Shown one piece after another: positions 1 to 12,769 of a DNA stretch of 64,000 bases (its first letter is position 1; every line of letters starts with the position of its first letter). Below the pieces are notes generated by a model. That model saw only the letters and a program-made list of their open reading frames with translations, ran no database searches and was not told where the DNA came from. Location of the stretch: NCBI RefSeq assembly GCF_006345805.1, contig NC_043009.1:9424001-9488000 (forward strand), read 5' to 3'. Origin of the DNA: Octopus sinensis. Lineage: Eukaryota. Made by a program: the position numbers and the translations under genes.

Positions 1-1400
1 CAATACATTCCACACCTCAACTTTCTTTCTTTTCTTTCTTCTCACTTTCCCTCCCTTTTCTCTGTCTGTCTTTCTTTTTCTCTCTCCCTCTCTTCTCTTC
101 TTAACACTCTCTCAGCTACACACACAGACACACACAGACTGTGCGCTCTACGCTCTGCTCTCTCTTTTCAAACCTTTCAGTCTTACCCTCTCTACATCTC
201 TCTCCCTCTCTCTCTCCACACACACACACACACACTTATTCTTTCTTCTTTCCTCTCCTCTCTCCATTAACCTCCCATCCTTTATTTCATTACTTCTAAC
301 CCCACCTCGCCATCTCATTCTTTCCTATTTCTCTTTTTTGCTCTACTTTCATTTTCCTCTTTCTCTCACTCCATCGCCTTCTCTCTCTCCTTCATCACGC
401 TCTCCTTCTCTCCTTCCTCTTCTTACGCTGTCTTTCCCACTTCCTCCCCTTCCCCTCTCTTACTCCACTTCTCCATTGTTTGTTGTTTCTTTCCTACAAC
501 CTCCCACCCTCCCTCTTCTCCATCTTCTCTCTTCTCCGCCGCTCCTCTTCTTCACTCAGTCTCTCCTTCACGCTTTCCTTCCTCTCTTTCAGCAATACTC
601 ATCTACTCTCCATCTTCTTTCTAAGTCTTCCGCTTCCCCTTCATCTTCTCCACTCACAATTTCCTTCCCTCTACTTTTCTTCTGCTTTCTCCCCCCCCCC
701 GGTGTTTCTTTGTTTATCCTCCTCCCTATTCTTTCCTTCTTTCTCTCCTTTCTTTCTAGCATGCTACTTTCCTCCTCATTCTTTTCTGTCTTTCTATAGT
801 TTTTTCTGTCTTCCTATAGTACTTTCCTTTCTTCTTCTTCTTCTTCTTCTTCTTCTTCTTCTTCTTCATTCCTTCTTTCCTTCTTCTCCCCTGTCTTTTC
901 ATCCCCTCTCCTCTACACGTTTCCTTCTTGCTCTCTCTCTCCCTCTCTCTCTTACACACATCTACATTCTACACCGTTCTCTCCTTCCACGCTTCTAATT
1001 ACTTTTTCTTTTCTTCCTCTTCCTTCTCTATTCTTTCATCATCTCTCCTTGCCCTTCTTTATTTATCATTGTTACCCTCCTTTTCCAATCTTTTCTTTCC
1101 TCTCCTCCTCCTCTCTCCCCTCCTTTCTCTTGCTTCCTCCTTATCTCTCTCCTTTCCTCTTCCCTCTACATTCTCTCCCTTTCTGCTCTATTCCTCACCC
1201 TATCCCTCTTGAACCTCTCTTTATTCTCTTTGCTCTATTTCTCTCCCCTTTACTACCCCCTTTTTTCAAAAAAAAAATTGCTCTCCCTAACCCTCTTGTA
1301 ATATTTTCCTTTATTCTCATCACATCCTTCTCTGCCATAGATCCCCCTCTTCATTTCTCCTTCCTCTCCATTACTTTTCCTTTCTCTCCTATCCTAAAGA
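1..1400. repeat. Pyrimidine-rich (CT/CTT) low-complexity tract
   Basis: Almost entirely C/T with (CT)n, (CTT)n and (CA)n patches; the Leu/Ser/Phe ORFs are compositional artefacts. Confidence 0.9.
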
Positions 1401-1974
1401 TTCCTCACATTGGTACATGGCCACAAGTTTATAACATAGCGGTGATGGGCAACGATGATATTGGGGATGGTATTCGTGATCATGGTGGTGCTGGTGCCGA
1501 TGTTGTTGTCAGTGTTGCTGCTTTTGGTGGTGGCATTGTTGGTGCTGATGGTTTTGGCATTAGTATTGTTAGCAATGGTGATAGTAGTGGCGCTAGTGTT
1601 ATTGGTGTCAGTATTACAATTGCTTGACTTTACCATCTGGTGCTCAACGAGAGGTTTGAACTCACAATCCAAACACAGTACCAATATCTTCTTGTCCGGT
1701 GCTCTAACACCCTCCTCTTCTCCAAAACTCCATTTCCTCCATCACTTCCACACTTTGTTTCCACTAGTCTCTGCTCTCCAGCTCTCCATTTCCATCATCT
1801 CTGTTACTCTCTCTTTCTCTCTCTCTCTCTCACCCACTGTCTTTCTCCTTCCCCCTGCTGCTCTCCCTTCCCTTCTCCACTCTCCCACTTCTCATTCAAT
1901 TAACCTTCTCTTTTGCTCTACTTTCTTCTTACTCTCCGCACACTCTCTTTTTCTTCATCTTCCATCTACTAGTA

Positions 1975-2058
1975 AATATGTGTGTGTGTGTGTATGCATG
2001 TATGTGTATATATATATATATGTATGTATGTTTGTATGTATGTATGTATGTATGTATG

Positions 2059-2091
<33 letters not shown>

Positions 2092-2445
2092 GTATGTATA
2101 TACATACACACGCACACACACAGAGTAATGATGATGGTAGATGTGTGTTTGTGTTTATACATATACAAACACACTTTGCTGATAAACACGTACATACATA
2201 CACACATACATACATACACACATACATACATACATTCATACATACACACATACATACATACACACATACATACATACATTCATACATACACACATACATA
2301 CATACACACATACATACATACATACATACATACACACATACATACATACACATACAAACATACACATACAAACATACACACATACATACATACATACATA
2401 CACACATACATACATATATACAGACAGACAGACAGACAGACAGAT
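1975..2445. repeat. Compound microsatellite (TG)/(TATG)/(TA)/(TACA)/(CAGA)
   Basis: Directly visible tandem repeats. Confidence 0.95.
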
Positions 2446-3574
2446 TAATAGATACATAGATGCAATCAGATGTATATTTCTCACAACTTTCATCCAGCTT
2501 CCTGTTCACTCCACTATGCTCTGGTGGTGGTGATGGTTGGTAGACATCTTCTTCGTCTTTTTCTTTTTCTTTTTCTTCTTCTTCTTTTTCTTCTTTTTCT
2601 TCTTCTTCTTCTTCTCATTCTTCTTCTTCTTCTTTTCTTCTTCTTCTTCTTCTTCTCATTCTTCTTCTCCTTCTTCTCCTCCTCCTCCTCCTCCTCCTCC
2701 TCCTCCTCGTCCTTCTTCCTTTTCTTCTCCCAGCTTATTTCACTCTCCTTTAATCCCCTCCTTCCCTTCTTTTCTTCATTTCTATTTTCTTCCTACCCTC
2801 ACATCCTACCCATTCCCTCCTTCATTCTACTCTTCCATTCTCCCTCTGCTACTTTTTTTATATTCCCCCACCCACCCTCTCTCTATTATTCTGTCATCTA
2901 CTCTAAACAAACAGTGGTCTCTTGACTGGCTAGATTTAGCAGCTAAACATCACATCACACACAAGGCCCCTTACCATATTAAAAAAAAAAGAAGAAAAAA
3001 GTGCACATTGGATTATGTAGTCATAAATATGCACTGGATGATCAAGGCCTAGGGCTAAACAACTCTGTCATTCTTTGCTTTTTTATTTCTTCCTCCCACT
3101 CTCCCCTCTAAAACTCTATTTTGATCAATCTGTTAAGAAAGCCACTATGTGGTCACTAGATTTATTAGAAATAACAGCTAAAATCTCTCCTAAAAAATTG
3201 TAGGGTCACATTGGATAATGTTGTCCTAGATATATAATGCCTGAAAAAAAGACAGGAGGGTCATGGTTGGAATGACTGTGATCATCAGTCCTATGCTTCA
3301 GGGTTGAAATATAAGCCAAACAACAACACTAACTTTATTTTGCATCTATGTGGTTTGATCTGCTACAACCAATAGTCAAATATGCACTTGAAACTACATT
3401 CTACTAACTTCAAAAAGAAAAGATACATTGGGTAATGTAGTCCAAGATAGACAGTGGTGGTTCTTAACCATTTTTTGCCTCTGGTCCCCTTTGATTCCTA
3501 TTTTACACAGATGGACCCTCATAGCCATTTGATGTGTGAAAAGAAAGAAAAAAAACTCATTACATTTTTATACG

Positions 3575-3964
3575 CTTTTACTCTTTTACTTGTTTCAATC
3601 ATGTGACTGTGGCCATGTTGGAGCACCGCCTTTAGTCTAGCAAATCGACCCCAGGACTTGTTCTTTGTAAGCCTAGTACTTATTCTATTGGTTCTTTTGC
3701 CGAACCGCTAAGTTACGGGGGATGTAAACACACCAGCATCGGTTGCCAAGAGATGTTTGGGGCACAAACACTGACACACAAACATATACATACATATACA
3801 CGACAGGCTTCTTTCAGTTTCCGTCTTCTAAATCCACTCACAAGGCTTTGGTCGGCCTGTAGCTATAGCAGAAGGCACTTACCCAAGGTGCCACGCAATG
3901 GGACTGAACCCGGAACCATGTGGTTGGTAAGCAAGCTACTTACCACACAGCCATTCCTACGCCT
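3575..3964 (-). mobile_element. tRNA-derived SINE family A (full length)
   Basis: Reverse complement of the head ggcgtaggagtggctgtgtggtaag...gggttcagtccc; tail (aagagtaa)n; near-identical copies elsewhere in the window. Confidence 0.9.
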
Positions 3965-4020
3965 ATGAGAAATCTTATTTAAAAAAAAAAAATTGTTAAA
4001 ATATTTTTGTGTTGTAGAAG

Positions 4021-4195
4021 CACGTAAAAAGCACCCACTACACTCATGGAGTGGTTGGCGTTAGGAAGGGCATCCAGCTGTAGAAACACTGCCAGATCTG
4101 ACTGGGCCTGATGAAGCCTTCTGGCTTCACAGACCCCAGTTGAACCGTCCAACCCATGCTAGCAAGGAAAACGGACGTTAAACGATGATGATGAT
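4021..4195 (+). mobile_element. 5'-truncated RTE LINE 3'UTR copy with (GAT)n tail
   Basis: ggagtggttggcgttaggaagggcatccagc...ggacgttaaacgatgatgat; same sequence is contiguous with the RTE ORF end at 18782-19448. Confidence 0.8.
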
Positions 4196-4624
4196 AAGTA
4201 CAACTGATTTTATTGCACATAAATTTTAACAACAAAATCTTATATAGATACCCCAGGGCCATACGGACCCTGGGTGAGAATCACTGATGTACAGCGGCTG
4301 ACAAAAACCTGACATAAATAAAACAAATGGGATGGTGGTCATAGCTGAAATGCTTAAGTTAACTTGATTGAGTTTGACCTAAGCATTGACAATGAGAACA
4401 ACTTTGTTTGGCTCTCACTTTCCTTTTCCCACAATTCATGCTCTTCTCTCTCTCACTCTCTCTTGTATTTTTTCCCTTCACTTTTCATCTCACCTTTCCT
4501 CATTTGACAAATTCCACCCCACTACAAATGACTTCTGCTCATCTGCTTCCATTTCTAATTTATCCCTTTTAGGATCTCCTTTATCCCCCTGTCAATCACT
4601 GTCTCTATCACATACATTCTTTAT

Positions 4625-4862
4625 AATTCCTATTTCTTTATTGCCCACAAGGGGCTAAACATAGAGGGGCCAAACAAGGACAGACAAAGGGATTAAGTCG
4701 ATTACATTGACCCCAGTGCGTAACTAGTACTTAATTTATCGACCCCGAAAGGATGAAAGGCAAAGTCGACCTTGGCAGAATTTGAACTCAGAATGTAACA
4801 GCAGACGAAATACCGCTAAGCATTTTACCCAGCGTGCTAACGTTTCTGCCAGCTCATTGCCT
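4625..4862 (-). mobile_element. SINE family C (gagctggcagaa head, ttgcctttcatcctttcggggtcg core)
   Basis: Matches many other copies in the window. Confidence 0.8.
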
Positions 4863-5297
4863 TTCTTTATAATTCTTTATAATTCAATCTTTCTTTCTCC
4901 CTCTCTCTTGCTTTCACTCTTTCTGTGTGTGTGAGAGAGAGAGAGAGAAGATGCATAGCCTAGTGGTTAGAGTGTTGCATTCATGACCTCTGAATTGTGG
5001 GTTTGATTCTCGGACTAATTATCCTGTATTCTTGAGCAAAACACTTCATTTCACATCGCTCTGAGATCATTTCAACATCTGACCTGTGGCATGTGGTTAC
5101 ACCTGTACAGGTAATGTCGATTTGATGGTGGGAGTGAACTTATGTGAACACACATTCTCTTAGACACATGCTCAAGTATGATGCTCGAATGCTCACACAA
5201 ACACACGTGCGCCAATGCACATATACACACACTCACACAATGCACCCATGAAAGCAGGTGGAGTGAGATGGGATTAGATAGAAGGAATGAGAAAGGA

Positions 5298-5490
5298 TCA
5301 TTCAGAGCTAGGGAACACAATGCCCTGTGGATGAATATAATGCATTATTCTTTGTGATTCCTGGAGTGTCAAACCCAGCAGGTGGGTGGAAATGCTGAAC
5401 ACTGAGAGGTAGATGATAGAGTGGCCAGGTGTGTTGATTTGGTGGGCTGCAGACTGGAGAACAAGGTGTAATTGATGCTGGAAGAAGGTG
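5298..5490 (-). pseudogene. Decayed Penelope-like GIY-YIG endonuclease C-terminal remnant
   Basis: AAHQINTPGHSIIYLSVFSIS...LQESQRIMHYIHPQGI resembles the PLE pattern VAxHFNxxGHSxxxLxVxxL...ExxxIxxLxTxxPxGxN. Confidence 0.5.
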
Positions 5491-5797
5491 GTGGATTTTA
5501 TTGGTTTCAACTTTTGACCCTAGGCTTGCAAATTTCAGGGATGGAGGCTAGTCCATTATATTGACCCCAGTGCTTGAATAGTATTCATTTTATTGACCTC
5601 AAAAGGATGAAAGGCAAATTTGACCTTCTGGGAAAAATATACCATAAGGAAATGTCACCTTACCAGGTGAGGAATAACAACAATAAAAGCATCTAGTCAT
5701 AGAAAATCTGCCTCAACAAAATTTTCTCTGACCCATGCAAGCATAAATGAGTAGACAAGTAAAGTTTTGAGTGATTTTTATTCTGGGATTCTAGCAT

Positions 5798-6190
5798 AGG
5801 CGTAGGAGTGGCTGTGTGGTAAGTAGCTTGCTTACCAACCACATAGTTCAGGGTTCATTCCCACTGCGTGGCACCTTGGGCAAGTGTCTTCTACTATAGC
5901 CTCGGGCTGACCAAAGCCTTGTGAGTGGATTTGATAGATGAAAACTGGAAGAAGCCTGTCTTATATATGTGTGTATATATATATGTGTGTGTGTGTTGAT
6001 CCCCCAACATCGCTTGACAACTGATGCTGGTGTGTTTACGTCGCCGTCACCTAGCGGTTCGGCAAAAGAGACCGATAGAATAAGTACTAGGCTTACAAAG
6101 AATAAGTCCTGGGGTCGATTTGCTCGACTAAATGTGGTGCTTCAGCATGGCCACAGTCAAATGACTGAAACAAGTAAAAGAGTAAAAGAG
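5798..6190 (+). mobile_element. tRNA-derived SINE family A (full length)
   Basis: A-box-like tggctgtgtggt, B-box-like ggttcattccc, internal (TA)/(TG) tract, tail aagtaaaagagtaaaagag. Confidence 0.9.
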
Positions 6191-6983
6191 ATATGATCTT
6201 TTTTTTTTGTGCTGTTGATGCAGGGCAGTGTTTCTCAACCCCTTTTTACTTATGGCCCCTTTGATTTCTATTTCATCCAGGTGAGAAAGAAATCCTATTA
6301 TATTTTTATAATTAGATATTATTAGAAATTGTGTAAAAAAATATTAAAATACTTTTGTGCATTGTAGAAATAAAACTAATTTATTGCGCATAAATTTTAA
6401 TAAAAAAATCTTACATGGGGTCCCCGACCCCAAGGGTTATATGCCCTGCATCAGTGGTTTGTTGTAGGGCAAGGATGACAGATGTAGGGCAAGGATGACT
6501 TATGTGGTAAGTGTACTTGAAAATGCCTGGTTGGAGTGGCTGTGGACAAGGAAACTTCTTGCTAAAAGATCATAATGGTATGAGAATTGTGGTATAAGCT
6601 TGTTGCAAGTAGAAGATAAAGAGAGAGGGGGAAAGAGAGAGAGAGAAGGGGAAGAGAGAAAGGGGGAGAGAGAAAGAGAGAGAGAGAGAAAGAGTGTAGG
6701 TATTGTTTCTTAGTATAGTAAAGATCTTGATTGAGCTACTTAAAGTTAAGCATGGCAGTTGTAATGGTCTACAGATTTTGGTAAATAATAAGCGCCAACA
6801 CAGACCAAGTTTAGTCTCCATGTTTTCTGCTACTTAATTATACACACACTCCTACACATATGTGTATGTGTGTATGCATGCGGTTTTCTGGCATCATTGC
6901 CTCCCTTCCGCATGACCAGACATGTTTTCATGGAAGATTGGAAATTAAGAACACTTGTATGATGGCTCCACTCATTTACAACT

Positions 6984-7025
<42 letters not shown>

Positions 7026-8278
7026 TTCCCTTTTTATTTGCTATTATTATTTTTTCACCACAATAGATACCTTACTGTCCGGCTATTTTGTTTCCCATAA
7101 TTTCTCATTTTATAAAGTCTGTGTCAAATGTCACTCAAGCTATTTCTGTCTGTCTGTCTGTGTCTGCCTATCTGTCTGTCGCTCTCTCTCCTCTCTGTCT
7201 GTCTGTCTGTCTATCTGTCTGCCTGTCTGTCTCTCTCTCTACCTTTGTATCATGTTCTCTTACCTGTTGATTTTATCACAATCTGTCAAGTTTCTGTGTT
7301 TTGATTTTATTCAGCCCACCCACCTCTCTCTCTCTCACTCTCTCCTCGGTCTAACCACTGTCAACTAGTTTTTTTGATTAAATCAACACAATTTTACCAT
7401 TTCACTCTCTGTTTCTCACTCTCATCTTACCTTTCACCTGTTCTTTCTCTCACCTTTCCTCCCACCCACTCTCCCCTCTCTTTCTCGCATTTTACAAATC
7501 ACCTATTCTCTTTTGTCTTTCTATCTGTTAAATTCCTGACAACTAACTCTTTAATCTTGTTTTAATTAATATAACCCCACCTTCCTCTTTCTTTCTCCTC
7601 TCCCTTTCTCTCTTTCTCACCTTGCTTGACTCAATTCTTTCATTATCATCATTCACTGGTTACTAATTGCTCTTTAATTAGTTTAGTAATATAGATTCTT
7701 TCAACTAAGCACTTTCTACCAAGCTGATGCATTTAAAAAAATTTTTTCTACTGGGCATGCGGCCAATTTCTGTTGGTTTATTTGACTAAATTGTATATTA
7801 CTAAAATATATGGCAGCTACTTATAATACTATTAACTAAACCTTTTGATATCAAACCACCTGAGACCACCTTTGATTATATATATTTATATATATATATA
7901 TATATGGTTGAAAACTGATTATGTTAAGATGTTTATATGTTTATATTTAAATACACCTTGCATTGTAATTTTATCTCATAACATGATATTATGTTCTAAA
8001 TACAAATTTAACTGTTTTGATACCAATATGCTTATAAATACTTTTGGTTTGTGTTGCAAAAACCACTCTTTTTTAAAGTAATATTCTGCAACAATTTTAC
8101 CCTTGAAATACATTCTATACCACAAGAATTTCCCTTCAGGCACAGGTACAGGCAATGCTGTTTGGTTTAGAAACGCTTACTTTGCAACTTTGTGGTGTAT
8201 ATGTCTTCTACTGAGTCAACCAATGTCTTGTGAGCGAATTTGCTAGCAGAAACTATGAGGAAGTCAATTATGTGTGTA

Positions 8279-8356
<78 letters not shown>

Positions 8357-8450
8357 TGTGTGTGTGTGTGTGTGTGTGTATTTATATATATGTATATATG
8401 GCCTGTTTGCAAAATATTTTTTGCAAAACATTTTTTTTATGGGGAAATGT

Positions 8451-8483
<33 letters not shown>

Positions 8484-9557
8484 TGTGTACAGTGCTCAGG
8501 TGCACTACAACTCATCTAAAGTGTATATATAATCAGGTGTAGTTTCGGCGGATTTCGGAAAGCATGAGGGCCTTAAAAGATGCAGTGTCATGGCAGTCAA
8601 CAACTGACGCAGGCAGTTTATTCCATGCTTCAGCAACTCTGAGCGTGAAAAAATGTTTCCGAAAGTCATGGGAGCTGTATTGTTTTCTGACTTTGTAGGC
8701 ATGTCCACGTGTGTTAGACACATGGAGATCAAAAAGGTGTTCAGTGTTGTTGTTGGTGAGGTGGTTGATAACTTTGTGGGTGTTTACCAAGTCCGTCGCC
8801 AAACGCCGGAGCTTCAGTGAATCCATGCCCAGGGAAACAAGGCGCTCAGAATATGGTAGGTGTCTGATGGAGGGTATGCGTTTGGTTGCACGTCTCTGGA
8901 CAGATTCCAGGAGGTCAATGTTCTGTGCAAGATAGGGGTTCCAAACTGATGATGCGAATTCCAAGTGTGGTCGTACCATAGCTGTATACAGTTTTAAATA
9001 GATGGCTGGAGAGCGGCTAACAAAAGACCTGCTGAGTGATGCCAAGACACCCTCGGCCTTCCTGACAATCTTAGAGATATGCTTTGACCAACGCAAATCA
9101 CTGCTGACAGTGATGCCTAGGTCACGCTCGCAAGAGGATTTCTTGATATCAGTGTTGTGGAGGGAGTATGTGAACGCAGGGTTTTTTCTCCCAAAATGCA
9201 TGGTGGTACACTTGTCCACAGCCAGTTTCAGTTGCCAGTCTGTGATCCATTGCTGCATTGTGTCTAGGTCTGATTGCAGGAAAGAGTTGTAGACATCAGG
9301 ATCTGTCCTCTTGATTTCAAGGTACAGCTTGATGTCGTCTGCATATTTCAATACTGTGGCATTCTTTAAATTGGCATCTATGTCGTTAATGTATGCCACA
9401 AACAAGAGGGGACCAAGGACAGATCCCTGTGGTACACCCTATGACATCTCATATGGTGTAGAGTGCTGTCCTAGAACTGTGACTACCTCCTTTCGGCTGA
9501 GGATGAAGGATTTCAACCAGTTAAAAAGGTCATCCCCCACACCCATTGCAGAGAGTT
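8451..9557 (-). mobile_element. 5'-truncated CR1-type LINE with short 3'UTR and (TTA)n tail
   Basis: RT motifs GVPQGSVLGPLLF and YADD, CR1 C-terminal motifs RPHLEFASSVWNPY and FFTLRVAEAWNKLP; tail at 8451-8483. Confidence 0.95.
8533..9405 (-). CDS. LINE ORF2 fragment: reverse transcriptase C-terminal half (290 aa, truncated, not a complete gene)
   Basis: Open frame with KYADDIKLY; homology continues upstream through an in-frame TAG at 9439-9441 (KLSAMGVGDDLFNWLKSFILSRKEVVTVLGQHSTPYEMS*GVPQGS). Confidence 0.85.
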   Translation of the reverse strand: MFVAYINDIDANLKNATVLKYADDIKLYLEIKRTDPDVYNSFLQSDLDTMQQWITDWQLKLAVDKCTTMHFGRKNPAFTYSLHNTDIKKSSCERDLGITVSSDLRWSKHISKIVRKAEGVLASLSRSFVSRSPAIYLKLYTAMVRPHLEFASSVWNPYLAQNIDLLESVQRRATKRIPSIRHLPYSERLVSLGMDSLKLRRLATDLVNTHKVINHLTNNNTEHLFDLHVSNTRGHAYKVRKQYSSHDFRKHFFTLRVAEAWNKLPASVVDCHDTASFKALMLSEIRRNYT

Positions 9558-9884
9558 ATCCAAATTGGCACTAGTTTTGCACTACTACTGACTGATAATT
9601 CTGGTTATTGTTTGTGTGCTTATGTACTAATGTTTACGGTTGGTTGGTTTGACCATTCTTAGTACTTTCCGCTTCTGGAAATTCAGTTTTCCCTATGAAG
9701 ACTTCATTCTTTTCGATATATAAGAAATAGTTACTAGCTTAAAGAAAACAGAGAATACACACAATATATTCACTTTTTAATCATTGCACAGTCATATTAA
9801 GTTCTTCTTTTTTGTCTATGTGATGTTTCAGCCATTTGTTAGCATCCATACTTATACTTTAAAGTTTGTTATGATGTAATAGTG

Positions 9885-10132
9885 CAGGTGACACTTAAAA
9901 AACTCCATTTGAGTGTGGCCGTTGCCAGTACCACCTGACTGGCCCTCGTGCTGGTGGCACGTAAAAGCACCCACTACACTCTCGGAGTGGTTGGCGTTAG
10001 GAAGGGTATCCAGCTGTAGAAACTCTGCCAGATCAGATTGGAGCCTGGTGCAGCCATCTGGCTCACCAGTCCCCAGTCAAACTTTGCAACCCATGCCAGC
10101 ATAGAAAGTAGACGTTAAACGATGATGATGAT
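9885..10132 (+). mobile_element. RTE LINE 3'UTR copy with (GAT)n tail
   Basis: Same family as 4021, 13270, 18782, 22923, 45295, 59181. Confidence 0.8.
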
Positions 10133-10628
10133 GGATGGATGTATGTATGTATGTACGTATGTATGTATGTATGTATATATTCCTTATATTTTTACTTATT
10201 ATATTGGGTTGAAAAACTCTTTTGGATTATAAAAAAAAATTCAGAGGCTGCCTAAGGGATTTTAACTAACATCTTCTGTAAATATAAAAGGTGTTCTGCT
10301 ATTTGACCAAAGCAGTCCTTTGAATTTCTCTGTCCATCTAAGAAACTTTATTTTGTTATTAATGTTGTAAGAATTTTATAAACTTTTGAGTTGAATGTGG
10401 AATAATTCATTTTGGAACATAATATTGATTTCAAATTTTGGCACAAGGCCAGTACATTCTGAAGAGGGGTTTAATCAACCCGAAAAGCTGAAAAGCAAAG
10501 TTGATTTTGGTAGAATTTGAACTCAGAAAGCAAAGATGGTCGAAATGCTGCTATGCATTAAGACAGGCATACTAATAATTCTACCAGCTTGCTGTCTTTT
10601 GAACAGGATATTACATACTATTCTTTAA

Positions 10629-10850
10629 CCCTTTTGATACAAACCAGGCTGAAACCACCTCTAGCTCTGTAGTACAGATGTCTTGTTTCTAAAAGTCCTG
10701 AATTTAAATCTTCCACAAAACCTTAGTCACAATTTATGTTCCTAACACTAGCTTAATGATAACGAAGTTATTTTACTAAATTCTTTGTTATATTTAAAAT
10801 TAATTGAAAGAAACACAGAGCATCTCAACAGGAATATGGTAACAAAAGGG
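10629..10850. mobile_element. piggyBac-type MITE family 1
   Basis: TTAA|cccttttgatac...gtaacaaaaggg|TTAA: CCC/GGG termini with TTAA target duplication. Confidence 0.85.
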
Positions 10851-11539
10851 TTAAAACTTTATGTGATGTGCATTTATATATAATTAGTTGTTTATCCTCT
10901 GTTTTTCTTGGAACCCTCTAAATTCCTCCTGTAGAACTGTCGGATTTAAGGGAACCTTGATTAGGAAATGCTTTTTTAATATGTTCTTGTTCAAATTAAA
11001 ACTTTCCCCTATTTTCTATCCAGTAAGCTTATGTTATGATTTGTTTTAAAGTATTAAAAACCTCTTCCATAATTCTTTTTATATAATTATCATTTTTATG
11101 TTATGTTCAAAACAGTAGCTTAATGAGTAAAAATAAGTTAATCTATTAAATCCAATAATTATAGGTGTAAGTGTAAATTTATAATCTGCCTAGAGAAACT
11201 GAAGGTTTCAAAGCAGTTTGCCTGCAAATATTTTTTTTCTCATCAAAGTTGAAAGAAATAGGAATGTTTTGCAAGAAATCTGCTAGACATCTGAACTCTG
11301 TGACTGTACACAATTTTTCTTTTCTGTCCCCAACAACTAACTATACCTGACCTGTTATTTTGGCACTTGGTGGTTGTTTGAGTGAGAATGTTCCTTCAGT
11401 ATTCTTCATATTCATATATGAGTATGTATTCAGTAACAGAGGTATTCACTATATATGGCCCAGTATTTCCTATGCAAGAATGTACATGTTTGTGTGTGTG
11501 TGTGTGTATGTGTTTGTGTGTATGTATGTATACATATAT

Positions 11540-11872
11540 ATACATGCATACATACATGATGGCTGCCCCCTCGTTATCGAGTATGGCCATTGCACGAAGC
11601 TTAACTGTTACTGGTGCTGTGATCGAATGTGACTTTTTAGCCCAGCCAAAGATCTACAATGTCTTGTACAGAATTGGCAACTAAAACCTTTACCGGTAAT
11701 AGCTGGCTGTAGTTGTAACTGGGCATCATGTACTTTTACATGTCGTTTAAGTCCTCCTACCGAATTACATTCTCTTCCACATGCCCAACAAATATGATTA
11801 ATATGGTGTCTAACACCACCACCAGTGGCCAGGTTGTCACTCATCTGTCTCACTTTATGACTACGAAGATGA
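11540..11872 (-). mobile_element. RTE-clade LINE 3' end encoding tandem C2H2 zinc fingers, (ATGT)n tail
   Basis: CWACGRECNSVGGLKRHVKVH and CQFCTRHCRSLAGLKSHIRSQH*, then an RTE-like 3'UTR tggccatactcgataacgagggggcagccatc; flanked by (TACA)n. Confidence 0.75.
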
Positions 11873-11901
11873 CATACATACATACATACATACATACATA
11901 C

Positions 11902-11932
<31 letters not shown>

Positions 11933-11947
11933 CATACTTACATACAT

Positions 11948-11978
<31 letters not shown>

Positions 11979-12769
11979 TACATTTCAAGGTTAGGTAACA
12001 ACTTGTTATGCACTTATCACTCATCAGTTGTATTAATATCTATGTGTATGTATGTATGTATGTATGTATGTATATGTACGTATACATATGTATATGTGTG
12101 TGTGTGTATATCTTTCAAAAAATGCTGATATATTAAAACACTTGTACAATTGTACGGCACTTTATCAGATATAAATATACACTACATAATCATGTATTGA
12201 GTCCTTTTGCTGAATTGTTTCCCTTGGAATTTTTTGGACCTACATACATATGCAAATATGCATGCACATGTGCAGACATGCATGCACACAAACACACACA
12301 CAAACATTATGTACACACATGATAATAATGATGGTATTTAAGCAAAAACCAAGTAACACTTGAAAATAGACTCAAGTTGTATATATATAATGAAACAATC
12401 ATATATATTCTATAAATATATATTTGTTATTCATTCACTATACACAATTTCATTTATATTCTCAAGTGTTCCTTCATTTTAGCTGTATTCATATCATTAA
12501 ATTATTGTTCTAGACTTGAATGTTTGTTTCTATTGAGCTCCTTGCTAAATGCTTTGCACAAAAAGTTTTCATTATAAAATTGTGAGGTATTTAATTCTAT
12601 TATTGCAATATAATATATGTGCTCTCAACACGCAAACACACAAATGTGCACATGCACATACAATCTGGCTAAGAAAACTTCTAGTCTTCTTAATTTTCAT
12701 CTTTATTATCAAAATAGCTCTTCAGGAAAAAAACAAAAAACAAAAAAAATGGTTTTTCTCATTGGATAG

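Larger units (their letters stand above)
3455..4286 (+). mobile_element. hAT (Charlie-like) MITE interrupted by a SINE and an RTE 3' fragment
   Basis: Ends tggtggttcttaacc...gggtgagaatcactg; internal sequence matches the intact copy at 34080-34350. Confidence 0.7.

Noticed and set aside
338-3052. Long ORFs of 150-334 aa rich in Leu/Ser/Phe or Tyr/Ile/His
   Set aside because: Translations of pyrimidine tracts and microsatellites that lack stops by composition
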